Assembly (NCBI GenBank): GCA_041480845.1
Contig: JBGPAU010000003.1
Span: forward strand, 1-54,758
From: Patescibacteria group bacterium
GTDB taxonomy: Bacteria > Patescibacteriota > Microgenomatia > UBA8517
Reading direction: 5' to 3'
Length of the DNA: 54,758 bases
The notes beneath the pieces were generated by a model, which saw nothing but the letters and a program-made list of their open reading frames with translations, had not been told where the DNA came from and did no database searches. The position numbers and the translations under genes are program-made. Below, in pieces: positions 10,826-20,409 of this stretch. The stretch's first letter is position 1. Every line of letters starts with the position of its first letter.

Positions 10826-12019
10826 ATGGCAGGAGAAGCTAAGAAAAAATACGAAAGAACAAAGCCGCATGTAAATATCGGCACTATCGGTCATGTAGAC
10901 CACGGTAAAACCACCCTCACTTCGGCCATCACCATGGTTTTGGCCAAAAAAGGTTTGGCCGTAGCCAAGAAATATGAAGATATAGATAGCGCCCCGGAAG
11001 AAAGAGAACGCGGAGTCACAATCAATCTTTCCCACCAGGAATACGAAACAGAAAAACGCCACTATGCCCACATTGATGCTCCGGGCCACGCAGATTACAT
11101 CAAAAACATGATCACAGGCGCAGCTCAGATGGACGGCGCTATTTTGGTTGTTTCCGCTGCCGACGGGCCCATGCCTCAAACCAGAGAGCACGTTATTTTG
11201 GCCAAGCAGGTTAACGTTCCGGCAATTGTAGTTTTTCTCAACAAGGTCGACATGGTTGACGACAAAGAGCTAATCGATTTGGTTGAAGCTGACGTGCGGG
11301 AGCTTCTTAAGAAATACGGTTATCCGGGAGATGAAGTGCCGGTCATTAGGGGAAGCGCCTTGAAGGCTGTTGAGGGAGATGCCGAGGCAGAAAAGCAGAT
11401 ACAGGCCTTAATGGACGCGGTTGACAAATACATCCCGGATCCCGTGCGTGAAATCGACAAACCTTTCCTGATGGCAATAGAGGACGTCTTTACTATTCAA
11501 GGCCGCGGCACGGTCGTTACAGGCCGTGTGGATCGAGGTAAGATCAAGGTTAACGAAGAAGTAGAAATTGTAGGACTTAAGGCTACCCAAAAGACGGTTG
11601 TTACCGGACTTGAGATGTTTAGAAAAACTCTGGATGAGGCCATGGCCGGAGATAATATCGGAGTACTTCTTAGGGGAATTGAAAAAGACCAGGTTGAGCG
11701 CGGGCAAGTTCTGGCCAAACCCGGTTCCTTAACTCCTCATACTGAATTTGAGGCAGAAGTTTATATCTTGAGCAAAGAGGAAGGCGGACGCCATACACCG
11801 TTCTTCACAGGCTACAAGCCGCAATTCTATATTAAGACAGCTGATATTACCGGTGAGGCTACTTTACCCACCGGAATTGAAATGGTTATGCCCGGCGATA
11901 ACGCCAAGATGAAGATCAAGCTTATTTCTCCGGTAGCCATGGAGGAAGGATTCAGGTTCGCAATCCGTGAAGGCGGACATACAGTAGGCGACGGTGTAAT
12001 AACCAAGATAATCGCTTAA
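10826..12019 (+). CDS. tuf: Elongation factor Tu
   Basis: [28 protein letters not shown]. Confidence 0.99.
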   Translation: MAGEAKKKYERTKPHVNIGTIGHVDHGKTTLTSAITMVLAKKGLAVAKKYEDIDSAPEERERGVTINLSHQEYETEKRHYAHIDAPGHADYIKNMITGAAQMDGAILVVSAADGPMPQTREHVILAKQVNVPAIVVFLNKVDMVDDKELIDLVEADVRELLKKYGYPGDEVPVIRGSALKAVEGDAEAEKQIQALMDAVDKYIPDPVREIDKPFLMAIEDVFTIQGRGTVVTGRVDRGKIKVNEEVEIVGLKATQKTVVTGLEMFRKTLDEAMAGDNIGVLLRGIEKDQVERGQVLAKPGSLTPHTEFEAEVYILSKEEGGRHTPFFTGYKPQFYIKTADITGEATLPTGIEMVMPGDNAKMKIKLISPVAMEEGFRFAIREGGHTVGDGVITKIIA

Positions 12020-12036
12020 AGCACATTAAACCCTAG

Positions 12037-12345
12037 ATGGCAAGCTCAAGACTTAGAGTAAAACTCAAAAGTTACGATCATCGAGTCTTAGACGAGGCGG
12101 CAGCAAAGATAATAGATACCGCTTTAGCTACTGGTGCGAAAATAATCGGTCCCATACCTCTCCCCACCGCCAGGACCATGATGGCCATCAAGGAATCTCC
12201 ATTTACAGATAAAGATGCACAAGAACACTACGAAATTTTGGTGCACAAAAGATTGATTGATATAATCGATCCCTCCCCCCGAACCGTTGATTCCCTCGGC
12301 AATCTTGATTTGCCGGCAGGAGTTTCTATTGAGATCAAGATGTAA
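12037..12345 (+). CDS. rpsJ: 30S ribosomal protein S10
   Basis: RVKLKSYD, GPIPLPT, HKRLIDI, LPAGVSIEIK. Confidence 0.98.
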   Translation: MASSRLRVKLKSYDHRVLDEAAAKIIDTALATGAKIIGPIPLPTARTMMAIKESPFTDKDAQEHYEILVHKRLIDIIDPSPRTVDSLGNLDLPAGVSIEIKM

Positions 12346-13219
12346 ATTTAGCTCCTCTAGTATTTTCCTTGCACCAAAGGGGACTATCCACAACAATTGA
12401 AGCTCTCCAAAAATAGTTATAAATATAGGTGGGCAAAAAGGGTTCAAAATACTTCAGATATGGCCTTAACAACCTGGCCAAATTCCAGACAAACTCCGGA
12501 ACTTTAATTTGATTGTAATTTTTTCCTTTCCCGGTTCTAATTTTTTCAAAAATTTCTGCCAGGGTTAAATTTTGGGCAGCAATTGAAATTATTTTTGGTT
12601 TTTGGGGAGCGGATGAAGAAGTTTTTACAATGAATTTAGCCGCATCCTCGACGTTTATTAAAGCCACTTTTCCGGGCCAATTTAGCCTCGAAAATAGCGA
12701 ATTTGCATCGACTAATTTTCTTAAGAAATTTAAGAAACTGTTTTTCCTTGGATTATCTCCCCAGACGGTCGGCAGTCTTATAATCGTCAATCTAAGTTTT
12801 TGCCTTTTGACTGCCGTGAGAAGAATTTTTTCGGCCCTAAGTTTTGTTTTTCCGTATTCATTATTTACCGCCGGTTTTGTCTTTTGATCTATAGGTTTTT
12901 GACAATCGCGTCTATCCGAAAAGATTGCCTGAGAACTTGTAAAAACAAAATGTGTTTTAGGGCCGATATCTTTAAGATTTTTAATTAAATTTTTGGTTCC
13001 GATATCATTACACCTCTGATCATTTTTTGAAGTATCTGTTGCTGCCGCCAAATGGATAATAAGCCTGGGATTACCCGGAATTTTGTCGAGATTTTTTCCT
13101 GTCACCAAATCGAATTTCCCCTCATTTAAATAAAATATTTCCTCGTTTCTATATTTTTTCTTGATTTGTGGGACAAGGTGACTCCCAATAAACCCGTCAC
13201 TGCCTGTCATTATTATCAT
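12335..13219 (-). CDS. NAD-dependent epimerase/dehydratase (extended SDR)
   Basis: N-terminal TGSDGFIG Rossmann motif, IIHLAA, catalytic YGKTK (YxxxK). Confidence 0.9.
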   Translation of the reverse strand: MIIMTGSDGFIGSHLVPQIKKKYRNEEIFYLNEGKFDLVTGKNLDKIPGNPRLIIHLAAATDTSKNDQRCNDIGTKNLIKNLKDIGPKTHFVFTSSQAIFSDRRDCQKPIDQKTKPAVNNEYGKTKLRAEKILLTAVKRQKLRLTIIRLPTVWGDNPRKNSFLNFLRKLVDANSLFSRLNWPGKVALINVEDAAKFIVKTSSSAPQKPKIISIAAQNLTLAEIFEKIRTGKGKNYNQIKVPEFVWNLARLLRPYLKYFEPFLPTYIYNYFWRASIVVDSPLWCKENTRGAKFTS

Positions 13220-13241
13220 CAGGCTATATAATACCCCTAGA

Positions 13242-14219
13242 ATGTGGAAACATAAATGGCTATTGATTACATTAGTTTTGGCCGTATTCCTGGCCTTTTT
13301 CAGATTTAATCACGGGGTAGTACAGCAAGATAATTACATTGGCTATGCCCAATCACTTCCGTCATCGGTTAATAAAATTTCTTTTTTTGATTCGCGCCTT
13401 TTTCCGGGACTGCCGATTTTGATTTCTTTGACCGCCTCCGTTGTAAGAAATTATTACCTTGCGGGTTATTTAATTACTCTTCTTTCTTTTGCAGGTTCCT
13501 ATTTTTTGCTTTACAAAATTACAAACACGGGCTTGAGCATTTTACCTCTCATTTTTCCGCCGATACTTTTTAATTTGGCCTCTATTATCGATACAGAATT
13601 CCCCTTTATTTTCCTGATAATTTTGGGGTACTTTTTTATCAAAAAGGAAAAGTTTGCCTGGGCATTTTTGGCTTTCGGACTTTCGGTTTGGTTCAGGCTT
13701 GCCGGAATAGCGGTAGTGTTTGGCATTTTTATATATTTTCTGATAATGAAAGACCTGAAAAGGTTTATTACCTACATACCATATTTTTTGGTTCCGGTAG
13801 TAATTTTACTTATTTACAATGTTCATTTCTTCGGCGCCAATAACCCCTTTTATCAGCTCACAACTTACGAATCCCTTCACCCGAGGAGAATCAGTATTGG
13901 CGTGGTTCAACTTGGAGAAGACCTGGTCCGGGCCTATCGGTGGGGTTGGTATAGAATCCTCCTCTCAGGATTGGCGTATGTACTTCTTTTTGCTGTTTTG
14001 TGGCTAAAATCGATAAAAATCAGAAGCATTGAGTTTTGGATGATTACCGGAATTTACGTCTTTACTTTGACAGTTAACCTTGTGCCATTTCTAGAAAACC
14101 TCGGCCGTTATCTATGTCCCACAATACCGATTTTCTGGACAATGTTTTATTCCAAGTTCAAAAGTTCAAAAATTTTGTATTTAATGCTGCCTTTATCCGT
14201 CTTTGTAGTCTTGATTTGA
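13242..14219 (+). CDS. Polytopic membrane protein, probable GT-C-fold glycosyltransferase
   Basis: Many hydrophobic segments, acidic first loop (QDNY...DSRLFPGLP), TEFPF, late GRY motif; glycosylation neighbours. Confidence 0.6.
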   Translation: MWKHKWLLITLVLAVFLAFFRFNHGVVQQDNYIGYAQSLPSSVNKISFFDSRLFPGLPILISLTASVVRNYYLAGYLITLLSFAGSYFLLYKITNTGLSILPLIFPPILFNLASIIDTEFPFIFLIILGYFFIKKEKFAWAFLAFGLSVWFRLAGIAVVFGIFIYFLIMKDLKRFITYIPYFLVPVVILLIYNVHFFGANNPFYQLTTYESLHPRRISIGVVQLGEDLVRAYRWGWYRILLSGLAYVLLFAVLWLKSIKIRSIEFWMITGIYVFTLTVNLVPFLENLGRYLCPTIPIFWTMFYSKFKSSKILYLMLPLSVFVVLI

Positions 14220-15340
14220 CGAGTGACAAGGTAATAAAAGTTGATTCCCCATAGAATCACTGCTCCATAAAACTGATTTGACAGAATAATTTTCGGATAT
14301 ATGTAATCATATTTAATATTCCAACTCACAAAAATATAGGAAAGTATGAGAAGTCCCAATAGTACGGCATTTTTAGATTTAAGTATGTAGGAAAAAAGAA
14401 CGACAAAAGGAAACATTAACCAAACAAAATGGTGTTGCCAGCTTGTTATGTCGAATAGCAATAGAGTAATTATAAAAAATGAAAGCCCCAGGTTAATCTC
14501 TTTCTTTTTGAACGCCAGGTAGGCAGCAATGGGTACAAGTATCACGGTAACAGCCCTGCTTAAAATGACTCTTACATTAATGTCTGTACTGAGCCTTGAG
14601 ATAAAGCCCAGTGCTCCCTGGTTTTGATAAACATACAAATATGGAGCCGTGAAGCTGGTCATCGGAAGGATTGCCGATTGATACCAGGTAGTCCATATTT
14701 GAGGCGGCCAGAAAATAAGGGAGGCGGCGGTTAGGACTGCTACCATTAGCGTACTTATAAAAACTACCTTCCATGATTTTTTAAGTGCGAACAGTAACAG
14801 GAAAAATGCAAAAATAGGCTTGATAGCGATTGCCGCCCCTATAGATAATCCTGCGACTAGGGAGTTTTTTACCGGCTTGGTCTCCAAGTAAACAGCAAGA
14901 AGCAGCAGAAAAAGCACTATCATGTTAACCTGCCCCATTCCTAAAGAAAATCTTATGGGGAAAGAGGCGAATGAAAGACCTATAAACAAAAGGAAATAAT
15001 ACCAAGGAACTTTTTTCAAGACAATTTTTAATGAAAGGAAAACCGAACCGATAATCGAGGCAAATGAAATGTAGGTAAAGAGAACAAGTGCCATTTGATG
15101 AGAAAGGAAAGCAAAAGGTAGGAAAAAAATTTCGGTGATAGGCGGGTAGGCATTTTGATAGCCTAAGTTTGGATCAAGATATGGCTCTCTGGCAGCGATT
15201 AGATCCTTTGCTGATATCCAAACCTGAGTGAAATCGGGACCAAGTGAGGAATAAATCCAGGGAAGGTTGATCGCGGTGATCCTAATAAAACTGACAAGAA
15301 AAAAGACTACTGCAACGATTTTAATCCAGGACTTTTTCAC
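14147..15340 (-). CDS. GT87/DUF2029-like membrane glycosyltransferase
   Basis: DF...W first loop, YPP, GQVN, IKP and WQHH motifs typical of GT87. Confidence 0.8.
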   Translation of the reverse strand: MKKSWIKIVAVVFFLVSFIRITAINLPWIYSSLGPDFTQVWISAKDLIAAREPYLDPNLGYQNAYPPITEIFFLPFAFLSHQMALVLFTYISFASIIGSVFLSLKIVLKKVPWYYFLLFIGLSFASFPIRFSLGMGQVNMIVLFLLLLAVYLETKPVKNSLVAGLSIGAAIAIKPIFAFFLLLFALKKSWKVVFISTLMVAVLTAASLIFWPPQIWTTWYQSAILPMTSFTAPYLYVYQNQGALGFISRLSTDINVRVILSRAVTVILVPIAAYLAFKKKEINLGLSFFIITLLLFDITSWQHHFVWLMFPFVVLFSYILKSKNAVLLGLLILSYIFVSWNIKYDYIYPKIILSNQFYGAVILWGINFYYLVTRQIKTTKTDKGSIKYKIFELLNLE

Positions 15341-15377
15341 TTCGGTATTCTAACACATGGTCGATAGTTACACATGT

Positions 15378-15406
15378 TTGCGAAAAATAATAGCTTCTGT
15401 TATAAT
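15378..15406 (+). promoter_or_regulatory. Promoter of the rplC-led ribosomal operon
   Basis: TTGCGA-17-TATAAT with TG extension. Confidence 0.65.
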
Positions 15407-15412
15407 TCCCCT

Positions 15413-15550
15413 CGTAACATGCTGAAAGTGGTTATGATAGCCAACCACGATAAATAGTCTTCGGTAGATGCCTCAGGGCGCCTCTCGAAGGCGCTTTATT
15501 TGTTTAATGTCCTTCGACTCACAGGAGCTCGCTCAGGATCCAAAACAAAT
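15413..15550 (+). promoter_or_regulatory. Structured 5' leader of rplC (candidate r-leader)
   Basis: Hairpins gtggtt/aaccac and gataaata-gtcttcg/cgaaggc-tatttgtt with G-U pairs on +. Confidence 0.45.
15509..15539 (-). repeat. Family A palindromic repeat, long variant
   Basis: Reverse complement atcctgagcgagctcctgtgagtcgaaggac matches the CCTGAGCG...GTCGAAGG core. Confidence 0.75.
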
Positions 15551-16345
15551 ATGATTAATACAATATTAGGTTCAAAAGGTGTCAGTTCGCAGACCTTCAT
15601 AGAAGGTTTTAGGATTCCCGTTACAAAAGTAATGGCGGGACCTTGTGTCGTGACACAAATTAAGAAAATGGAGCCGGACGGCTATTGGGCAGTCCAGCTC
15701 GGTTTTTCCTCAAAACGCGCCAAAAATACTTCGAAACCGCTTCAAGGACACCTCAAGAAATCTAAAAACGAAGAACTAAAAACTAATAACTTTCCACGCT
15801 ATATAAGAGAAGTCAGAGTAGATAAAGAGCCGGAAGTTAAGATCGGAGATGAAATAAAAGTCTCCGATATTTTTAAGCCCGGGGATGTTATTGCTGTAAC
15901 CGGAGTCTCGAAAGGCAAGGGTTTTGCCGGAGTAGTTAAAAGGCACCATTTTCATGGAGGACCGAGAACCCACGGACAATCTGATCGTGAGAGAGCTCCC
16001 GGATCAATCGGACAAACCACGACTCCGGGACGTGTTTATAAGGGTAAAAGAATGGCCGGAAGAATGGGTGGCGAGCAAGTTACGGTTAAAAATTTACATA
16101 TAATTTCGGTTAATGCCGAAAGCGGAGAAATTGAAATTTCAGGTCAAGTCCCGGGCAACCCCGGGTCTTTAGTTTCTATTAGGAAAATTAAATCGGGGAG
16201 CCTTAAAGAGCTTGAACATGAGGTAGTTGCGCAGGTAGTCGAGGGTGAGGCTCCAGCCGAACCCGCCTCCGCTGAAGCTACGGCGGGCAAGCCCGCTGAA
16301 GCGCCAAAAGCAGAAGCACCGAAGGTGGAGACGGTTAAAAAATAA
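15551..16345 (+). CDS. rplC: 50S ribosomal protein L3 with Ala/Pro/Glu-rich C-terminal tail
   Basis: SKGKGFAGVVKRH, PGRVYKGKRMAGRMG; start ATG 15551. Confidence 0.98.
   Translation: MINTILGSKGVSSQTFIEGFRIPVTKVMAGPCVVTQIKKMEPDGYWAVQLGFSSKRAKNTSKPLQGHLKKSKNEELKTNNFPRYIREVRVDKEPEVKIGDEIKVSDIFKPGDVIAVTGVSKGKGFAGVVKRHHFHGGPRTHGQSDRERAPGSIGQTTTPGRVYKGKRMAGRMGGEQVTVKNLHIISVNAESGEIEISGQVPGNPGSLVSIRKIKSGSLKELEHEVVAQVVEGEAPAEPASAEATAGKPAEAPKAEAPKVETVKK
16262..16290 (+). repeat. Family C palindrome translated in the uL3 tail (PASAEATAGK)
   Basis: cccgcc-tccgctgaagctac-ggcggg hairpin; single copy in this window. Confidence 0.55.
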
Positions 16346-16350
16346 AAAAT

Positions 16351-16974
16351 ATGATCAAAGTACAGAAATTTACATCTATAGGAACAAAAACAGGGGAAGA
16401 ATCTCTTCCCAAAGAGTTTGACCAAAAAGTCAACATGGCCCTTTTGGCTCAGGCGGTACATGTTTTTGAAGAAAGGGCTCATGTGGGCTTAAGAAAGACC
16501 AAAACCAGAGCCGAGGTTAATAGGACAACCAAAAAAATTTATAAACAAAAAGGAACAGGCGGAGCCCGTCACGGAAGTAGGCGTGCCAATGTATTCGTTG
16601 GCGGGGGAGTTGCGCTTGGACCAAGGCCGGTCAGAAGGATATTAAACCTATCGGGTAAAATGAAGGCCCGCGCCAGACTTTTAGCTTATTCTCTAAAAGC
16701 CGGTGACGGACAATTGATAATGGTTTCGGGTCTTTCTAAAATTGAAAAAACCAAATCGGCTTCGGAGCTGATCACGGCTCTGATAAAGGCAACCGGTGCG
16801 AAAAGATTTACTTTAGTTCTTTCCGAAGGGGCAAAGACGGCTGTAAAATTTTTCAGAAATCTTTCCGCGGCAAATGCAATTTTTTGGAAAGACGCAAATG
16901 CATACGATATTTTTGACGGCGGAATGATAGTTCTCGATTCAGAAATTTTTCCCAAAAAGACTAAAACAAAATGA
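16351..16974 (+). CDS. rplD: 50S ribosomal protein L4
   Basis: KQKGTGGARHGS, GGGVALGP. Confidence 0.98.
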   Translation: MIKVQKFTSIGTKTGEESLPKEFDQKVNMALLAQAVHVFEERAHVGLRKTKTRAEVNRTTKKIYKQKGTGGARHGSRRANVFVGGGVALGPRPVRRILNLSGKMKARARLLAYSLKAGDGQLIMVSGLSKIEKTKSASELITALIKATGAKRFTLVLSEGAKTAVKFFRNLSAANAIFWKDANAYDIFDGGMIVLDSEIFPKKTKTK

Positions 16975-17246
16975 TTACACCTATATTTACAGAAAAAAGT
17001 CTGAAAGCAGCCAAATTCGGCAACTACACGTTCCGAGTCGAGCCTAGAATGGATAAAAAGAGGATCGCGGCGGAAATTGCCAAAATCTTTGGCGTTACGG
17101 TGGTTCGGGTAAGAACAATAAAGACAGGTGGAGAAAAAGGCAGAAATGCCAGAGGTAAGAATTTCTCGGTAAAAGCCGGTAAAAAAGCGATAGTGACACT
17201 TAAAGAAGGAGACAAAATGGATATTTTCGAGGAGGGTAAAAAGTGA
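16971..17246 (+). CDS. rplW: 50S ribosomal protein L23
   Basis: PIFTEKS, KKAIVTL; position. Confidence 0.97.
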   Translation: MITPIFTEKSLKAAKFGNYTFRVEPRMDKKRIAAEIAKIFGVTVVRVRTIKTGGEKGRNARGKNFSVKAGKKAIVTLKEGDKMDIFEEGKK

Positions 17247-17995
17247 AAAAACTAAAAAGCATACTACCAAAACAGTCCGGCAGAGCGGGCGGTCGCGTTA
17301 CCGTCAGACATCAGGGGGGTCGTGAGAAAAGATATTTGCGCCGGGTTGATGCTAAAAGAAGCAAAAAGGATATTTGGGGAAGGGTCCTCGCAATTGAATA
17401 CGATCCCAATAGAAATGCCGAGCTGGCTTTGATATTATACGAGGATGGCGAAAGGCGCTACATCATTGCGCCGTTTGGACTTAAAGTCGGAGCCAAAGTT
17501 ATAGCTTCGGAGGTTGCTCCGGTTGAAGCCGGGAATGCGATTCCACTTAAAGCTATTCCCGTGGGAACTGCGATTCATAATATTGAGATAGCTAAGGGTA
17601 AAGGCGGCCAAATGGTTAAAGGAGCCGGAAGCGCGGCTACCGTTTTTGGTAAGGAAGACGCCTGGGTTTTGGTTAAACTTCCGTCGGGAGAAATCAGAAG
17701 ATTTGATCCGGAGTGTCTTGCCGAAATCGGACAAGTCGGGAATATTGATGCCAAGCATGAAGTAATACACAAGGCCGGGCGCACCCGGCACATGGGTATT
17801 AGGCCGAGTGTTAGGGGAGTTGCCATGAACCCGCATTCTCATCCGCACGGAGGCGGAGAAGGCAGAAGCGGAGTCGGAATGAAATATCCGAAGACGGTCT
17901 ACGGGAAGCGTGCGGTAGGCAAGACCCGAAACAAGAAGAAATATTCCAACCGTCTGATAATTCAAAGAAGAGGAGGCAAGGCGATCCTAGGATAA
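17243..17995 (+). CDS. rplB: 50S ribosomal protein L2 (N-terminally shortened)
   Basis: [24 protein letters not shown]. Confidence 0.98.
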   Translation: MKKLKSILPKQSGRAGGRVTVRHQGGREKRYLRRVDAKRSKKDIWGRVLAIEYDPNRNAELALILYEDGERRYIIAPFGLKVGAKVIASEVAPVEAGNAIPLKAIPVGTAIHNIEIAKGKGGQMVKGAGSAATVFGKEDAWVLVKLPSGEIRRFDPECLAEIGQVGNIDAKHEVIHKAGRTRHMGIRPSVRGVAMNPHSHPHGGGEGRSGVGMKYPKTVYGKRAVGKTRNKKKYSNRLIIQRRGGKAILG

Positions 17996-17996
17996 T

Positions 17997-18278
17997 ATGT
18001 CAAGAAGTTCTAAAAAGGGCCCCTATGTGGATCCGATACTAGTTAAAAAAATCGAGAAAGGAATGGGACTTAAAGAAAGTCCGATTAAGACGTGGTCGAG
18101 GAGATGTCAGCTTCCGCCGGAGTTTGTCGGTAAATATTTTCAAGTTCACAACGGACATGTATTTATCGACGTTTTTGTAACCGAAGATATGGTGGGTCAT
18201 TCCTTAGGTGAATTCGCCCCAACCAGGACATTTAGAGGACACGGAGAAATAGTCAAGAGGACACTAGAAAAGACATAA
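17997..18278 (+). CDS. rpsS: 30S ribosomal protein S19
   Basis: [24 protein letters not shown]. Confidence 0.98.
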   Translation: MSRSSKKGPYVDPILVKKIEKGMGLKESPIKTWSRRCQLPPEFVGKYFQVHNGHVFIDVFVTEDMVGHSLGEFAPTRTFRGHGEIVKRTLEKT

Positions 18279-18284
18279 CGACTT

Positions 18285-18758
18285 ATGGAAAAACAATTTA
18301 AGGCAACACAAAAATATCTTTTGATGAGTCCGAGAAAAATCAGGCTTGTTGTGGGGGTTATTAAAAAGATGAAACCGGCAGAAGCTGTCGAAAAATTGCC
18401 TTTTGTTCAAAAAAGAGCAGGCATGGAGCTTGCCAAAGTTATAAAAAGCGCCATAACTTCGGCAAAAAATGCTGGAGTGAGCGAAACGGACTTGGTTTTT
18501 AAAGAAATACAAATTGGTGAAGGGCCTCGTCTTAAAAGAGGAAGAGCAGCCAGCCGTGGAATGTGGCACCCTTTCAAAAAAAGAATGGCTCACATAAGAG
18601 TCATATTGATGACAAATGCTAAATCAGAAACTCTAAATTCTAAAAAGTTAGAAAAATCAAAAATTGAAAGTTCAAAACCGGAAACAAATATTAAGCAAAG
18701 CTTGGCCAGTCAGAGCCCTGGTAAGAAAGAGGAAAAAGGAAAGGAGGCTAAGTCCTAA
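18285..18758 (+). CDS. rplV: 50S ribosomal protein L22 with repeat-derived C-terminal extension
   Basis: SPRKIRLV, GEGPRLKR, AHIRVIL, then about 47 extra residues. Confidence 0.97.
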   Translation: MEKQFKATQKYLLMSPRKIRLVVGVIKKMKPAEAVEKLPFVQKRAGMELAKVIKSAITSAKNAGVSETDLVFKEIQIGEGPRLKRGRAASRGMWHPFKKRMAHIRVILMTNAKSETLNSKKLEKSKIESSKPETNIKQSLASQSPGKKEEKGKEAKS

Positions 18759-18789
18759 ATTAGAGTTTAGAAATTAGGATTTAGAATTT
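18614..18789. repeat. Heptamer-array inverted repeat spanning the rplV 3' end
   Basis: Left arm aaatgctaaatcagaaactctaaattctaa; right arm reverse-complements to aaattctaaatcctaatttctaaactctaa. Confidence 0.7.
18692..18725 (+). repeat. Family B repeat, copy 1 (in frame in rplV, KQSLASQSPG)
   Basis: taagcaaagcttggccagtcagagccctggta; 30/32 identical to the copy at 34203. Confidence 0.85.
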
Positions 18790-18796
18790 GAATAAA

Positions 18797-19447
18797 GTGG
18801 GACAAAAAGTTAATCCGACCGGCATAAGAACAGGCTTTTTCCTACCTTGGAAGTCAAGGTGGTTTGGAGACTCGGGAAGCTTTAAAGATTTTTTGATTGA
18901 GGATATAAGAATTAGAAAAGGCTTGGTCAAAAAACTGAAACTTGCGGGTATAACCGGAGTCGAAATAGAGCGGCTTCCAAAAAGCATGGTGGTAATAATT
19001 ACGGTAAGCCGGCCCGGAGTTGTCATCGGACGTGGCGGGACCGGAATTGAAGATGTCAAAAAGTATATTTTGGGAATAATGAGCGAGGTCAGGGGTAAAG
19101 TCATCAAGGATCTTAAAATCGACATCAGAATTAATGAGGTAAAAAATCCGGAACTATCGGCATACCTTGTTGCGGAAAGAATTGCGGGGGAGATGGAAAG
19201 AAGAATTCCCCATAGGCGTGCAACCCAGAAAGCCATGGAAAGAGTCATGGCTTCGGGGGCACTGGGCGTAAAAGTGGTTATCGGGGGCCGTATTAACGGA
19301 GCGGAAATTTCAAGGGTCGAAAAGTTTCACCAGGGTTCAGTTCCGACACAAACCCTAAGAGAAATTGTCGATTATGCCCAAGTTCCGGCGCTTTTGCAAA
19401 GGGGCTATGTCGGAGTCAAAGTCTGGATTCATAAAAAACAAGAGTAA
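18797..19447 (+). CDS. rpsC: 30S ribosomal protein S3
   Basis: GTG start giving MGQKVNP, RPGVVIGRGG, GVKVWI. Confidence 0.98.
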   Translation: MGQKVNPTGIRTGFFLPWKSRWFGDSGSFKDFLIEDIRIRKGLVKKLKLAGITGVEIERLPKSMVVIITVSRPGVVIGRGGTGIEDVKKYILGIMSEVRGKVIKDLKIDIRINEVKNPELSAYLVAERIAGEMERRIPHRRATQKAMERVMASGALGVKVVIGGRINGAEISRVEKFHQGSVPTQTLREIVDYAQVPALLQRGYVGVKVWIHKKQE

Positions 19448-19448
19448 T

Positions 19449-19859
19449 ATGTTACAACCAAAAAGAAGAAAATACATAAAAGAATTTAGAGGCAGACGCC
19501 ATGGAGTTGCAACCCGCGGAAGTGTGATTTCTTTTGGGGATATTGCTATGAAAGCTCAGGAAGTGGCCTGGGTAACTTCCGCTCAGATAGAGTCGGCAAG
19601 ACGTACCATTACCCACGGCCTTAAAAAAGGCGGAAGAGTCTGGGTGAGAGTCTTTCCGGATAAACCGATTACGGCCAGGCCCGCGGGAAAAAGAATGGGC
19701 GGAGGCAAGGGAGATATTTCGACATATGTTGCGGTAGTTCGGCCCGGAATGATTCTTTTTGAAGTTGCAGGGGCAGACCCGGCAATAGTTAAAGAAGCTT
19801 TCAGGAAAGCTTCGGCAAAATTGCCGATTGATATAAAAATAGTGAGCAGGGAGGAATAA
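19449..19859 (+). CDS. rplP: 50S ribosomal protein L16
   Basis: MLQPKRRKY, RVFPDKP, RMGGGKG. Confidence 0.98.
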   Translation: MLQPKRRKYIKEFRGRRHGVATRGSVISFGDIAMKAQEVAWVTSAQIESARRTITHGLKKGGRVWVRVFPDKPITARPAGKRMGGGKGDISTYVAVVRPGMILFEVAGADPAIVKEAFRKASAKLPIDIKIVSREE

Positions 19860-19860
19860 T

Positions 19861-20112
19861 ATGAAAAGAAAAGATTACACAGATTTAAAAGGGAAGACGG
19901 TAGCGGAGTTGATCAAATTGGCTTCGGTCAAAAGGACAGATGCCATCAAGAAAAAGATGCAAAGTCTGGCCGGGAAAGAGAAAAACCTGAAAGCATACAG
20001 GAATTTACGAGTGGAAATTGCTAAAATACTAACCTTGGTTCGGGAAAAAGAGATTCTAGAGGAAATGCAATCAAAGGAAGTTAAAAACCAAGACGGAAAG
20101 GAGAAAGCTTAA
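19861..20112 (+). CDS. rpmC: 50S ribosomal protein L29 (divergent)
   Basis: Position between rplP and rpsQ; RVEIAKILTLVREK. Confidence 0.85.
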   Translation: MKRKDYTDLKGKTVAELIKLASVKRTDAIKKKMQSLAGKEKNLKAYRNLRVEIAKILTLVREKEILEEMQSKEVKNQDGKEKA

Positions 20113-20162
20113 GTACTGTAGTCAAAGGACTATTGTGGTGAGTGAGTCACACAAATCGAACC

Positions 20163-20408
20163 ATGAAAATATTTACAGGAAAAGTAGTTGCAACAAAAAC
20201 AGCCAAGACGGCCACTGTTGCGGTGGAAAGAATGACAATACACCCCCTTTACAAAAAAAGGCTGAAAAGAATAAGAAAATATCAGGTCCACGACGAAATG
20301 GGGGTAAAAGTCGGGGATAACGTTAAGTTTTCCGACAGCCGCCCTTATTCCAAAACAAAAAAGTGGAGAATCACGGAAGTGGTGAAAGAGAAAGGTAAGG
20401 CTAAATAA
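20163..20408 (+). CDS. rpsQ: 30S ribosomal protein S17
   Basis: GKVVATKTAKT, HPLYKK, RPYSKTKKW. Confidence 0.97.
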   Translation: MKIFTGKVVATKTAKTATVAVERMTIHPLYKKRLKRIRKYQVHDEMGVKVGDNVKFSDSRPYSKTKKWRITEVVKEKGKAK

Positions 20409-20409
20409 A

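Noticed and set aside
16686-17270. Long minus-strand ORFs over ribosomal genes (also 29580-30167, 17435-17965, 543-1025)
   Set aside because: Antisense shadows of conserved genes, with no motifs or expression signals.
20113-20162. Small hairpin tagtc-aaag-gacta between rpmC and rpsQ
   Set aside because: Only 5-6 bp with no second copy or other support.
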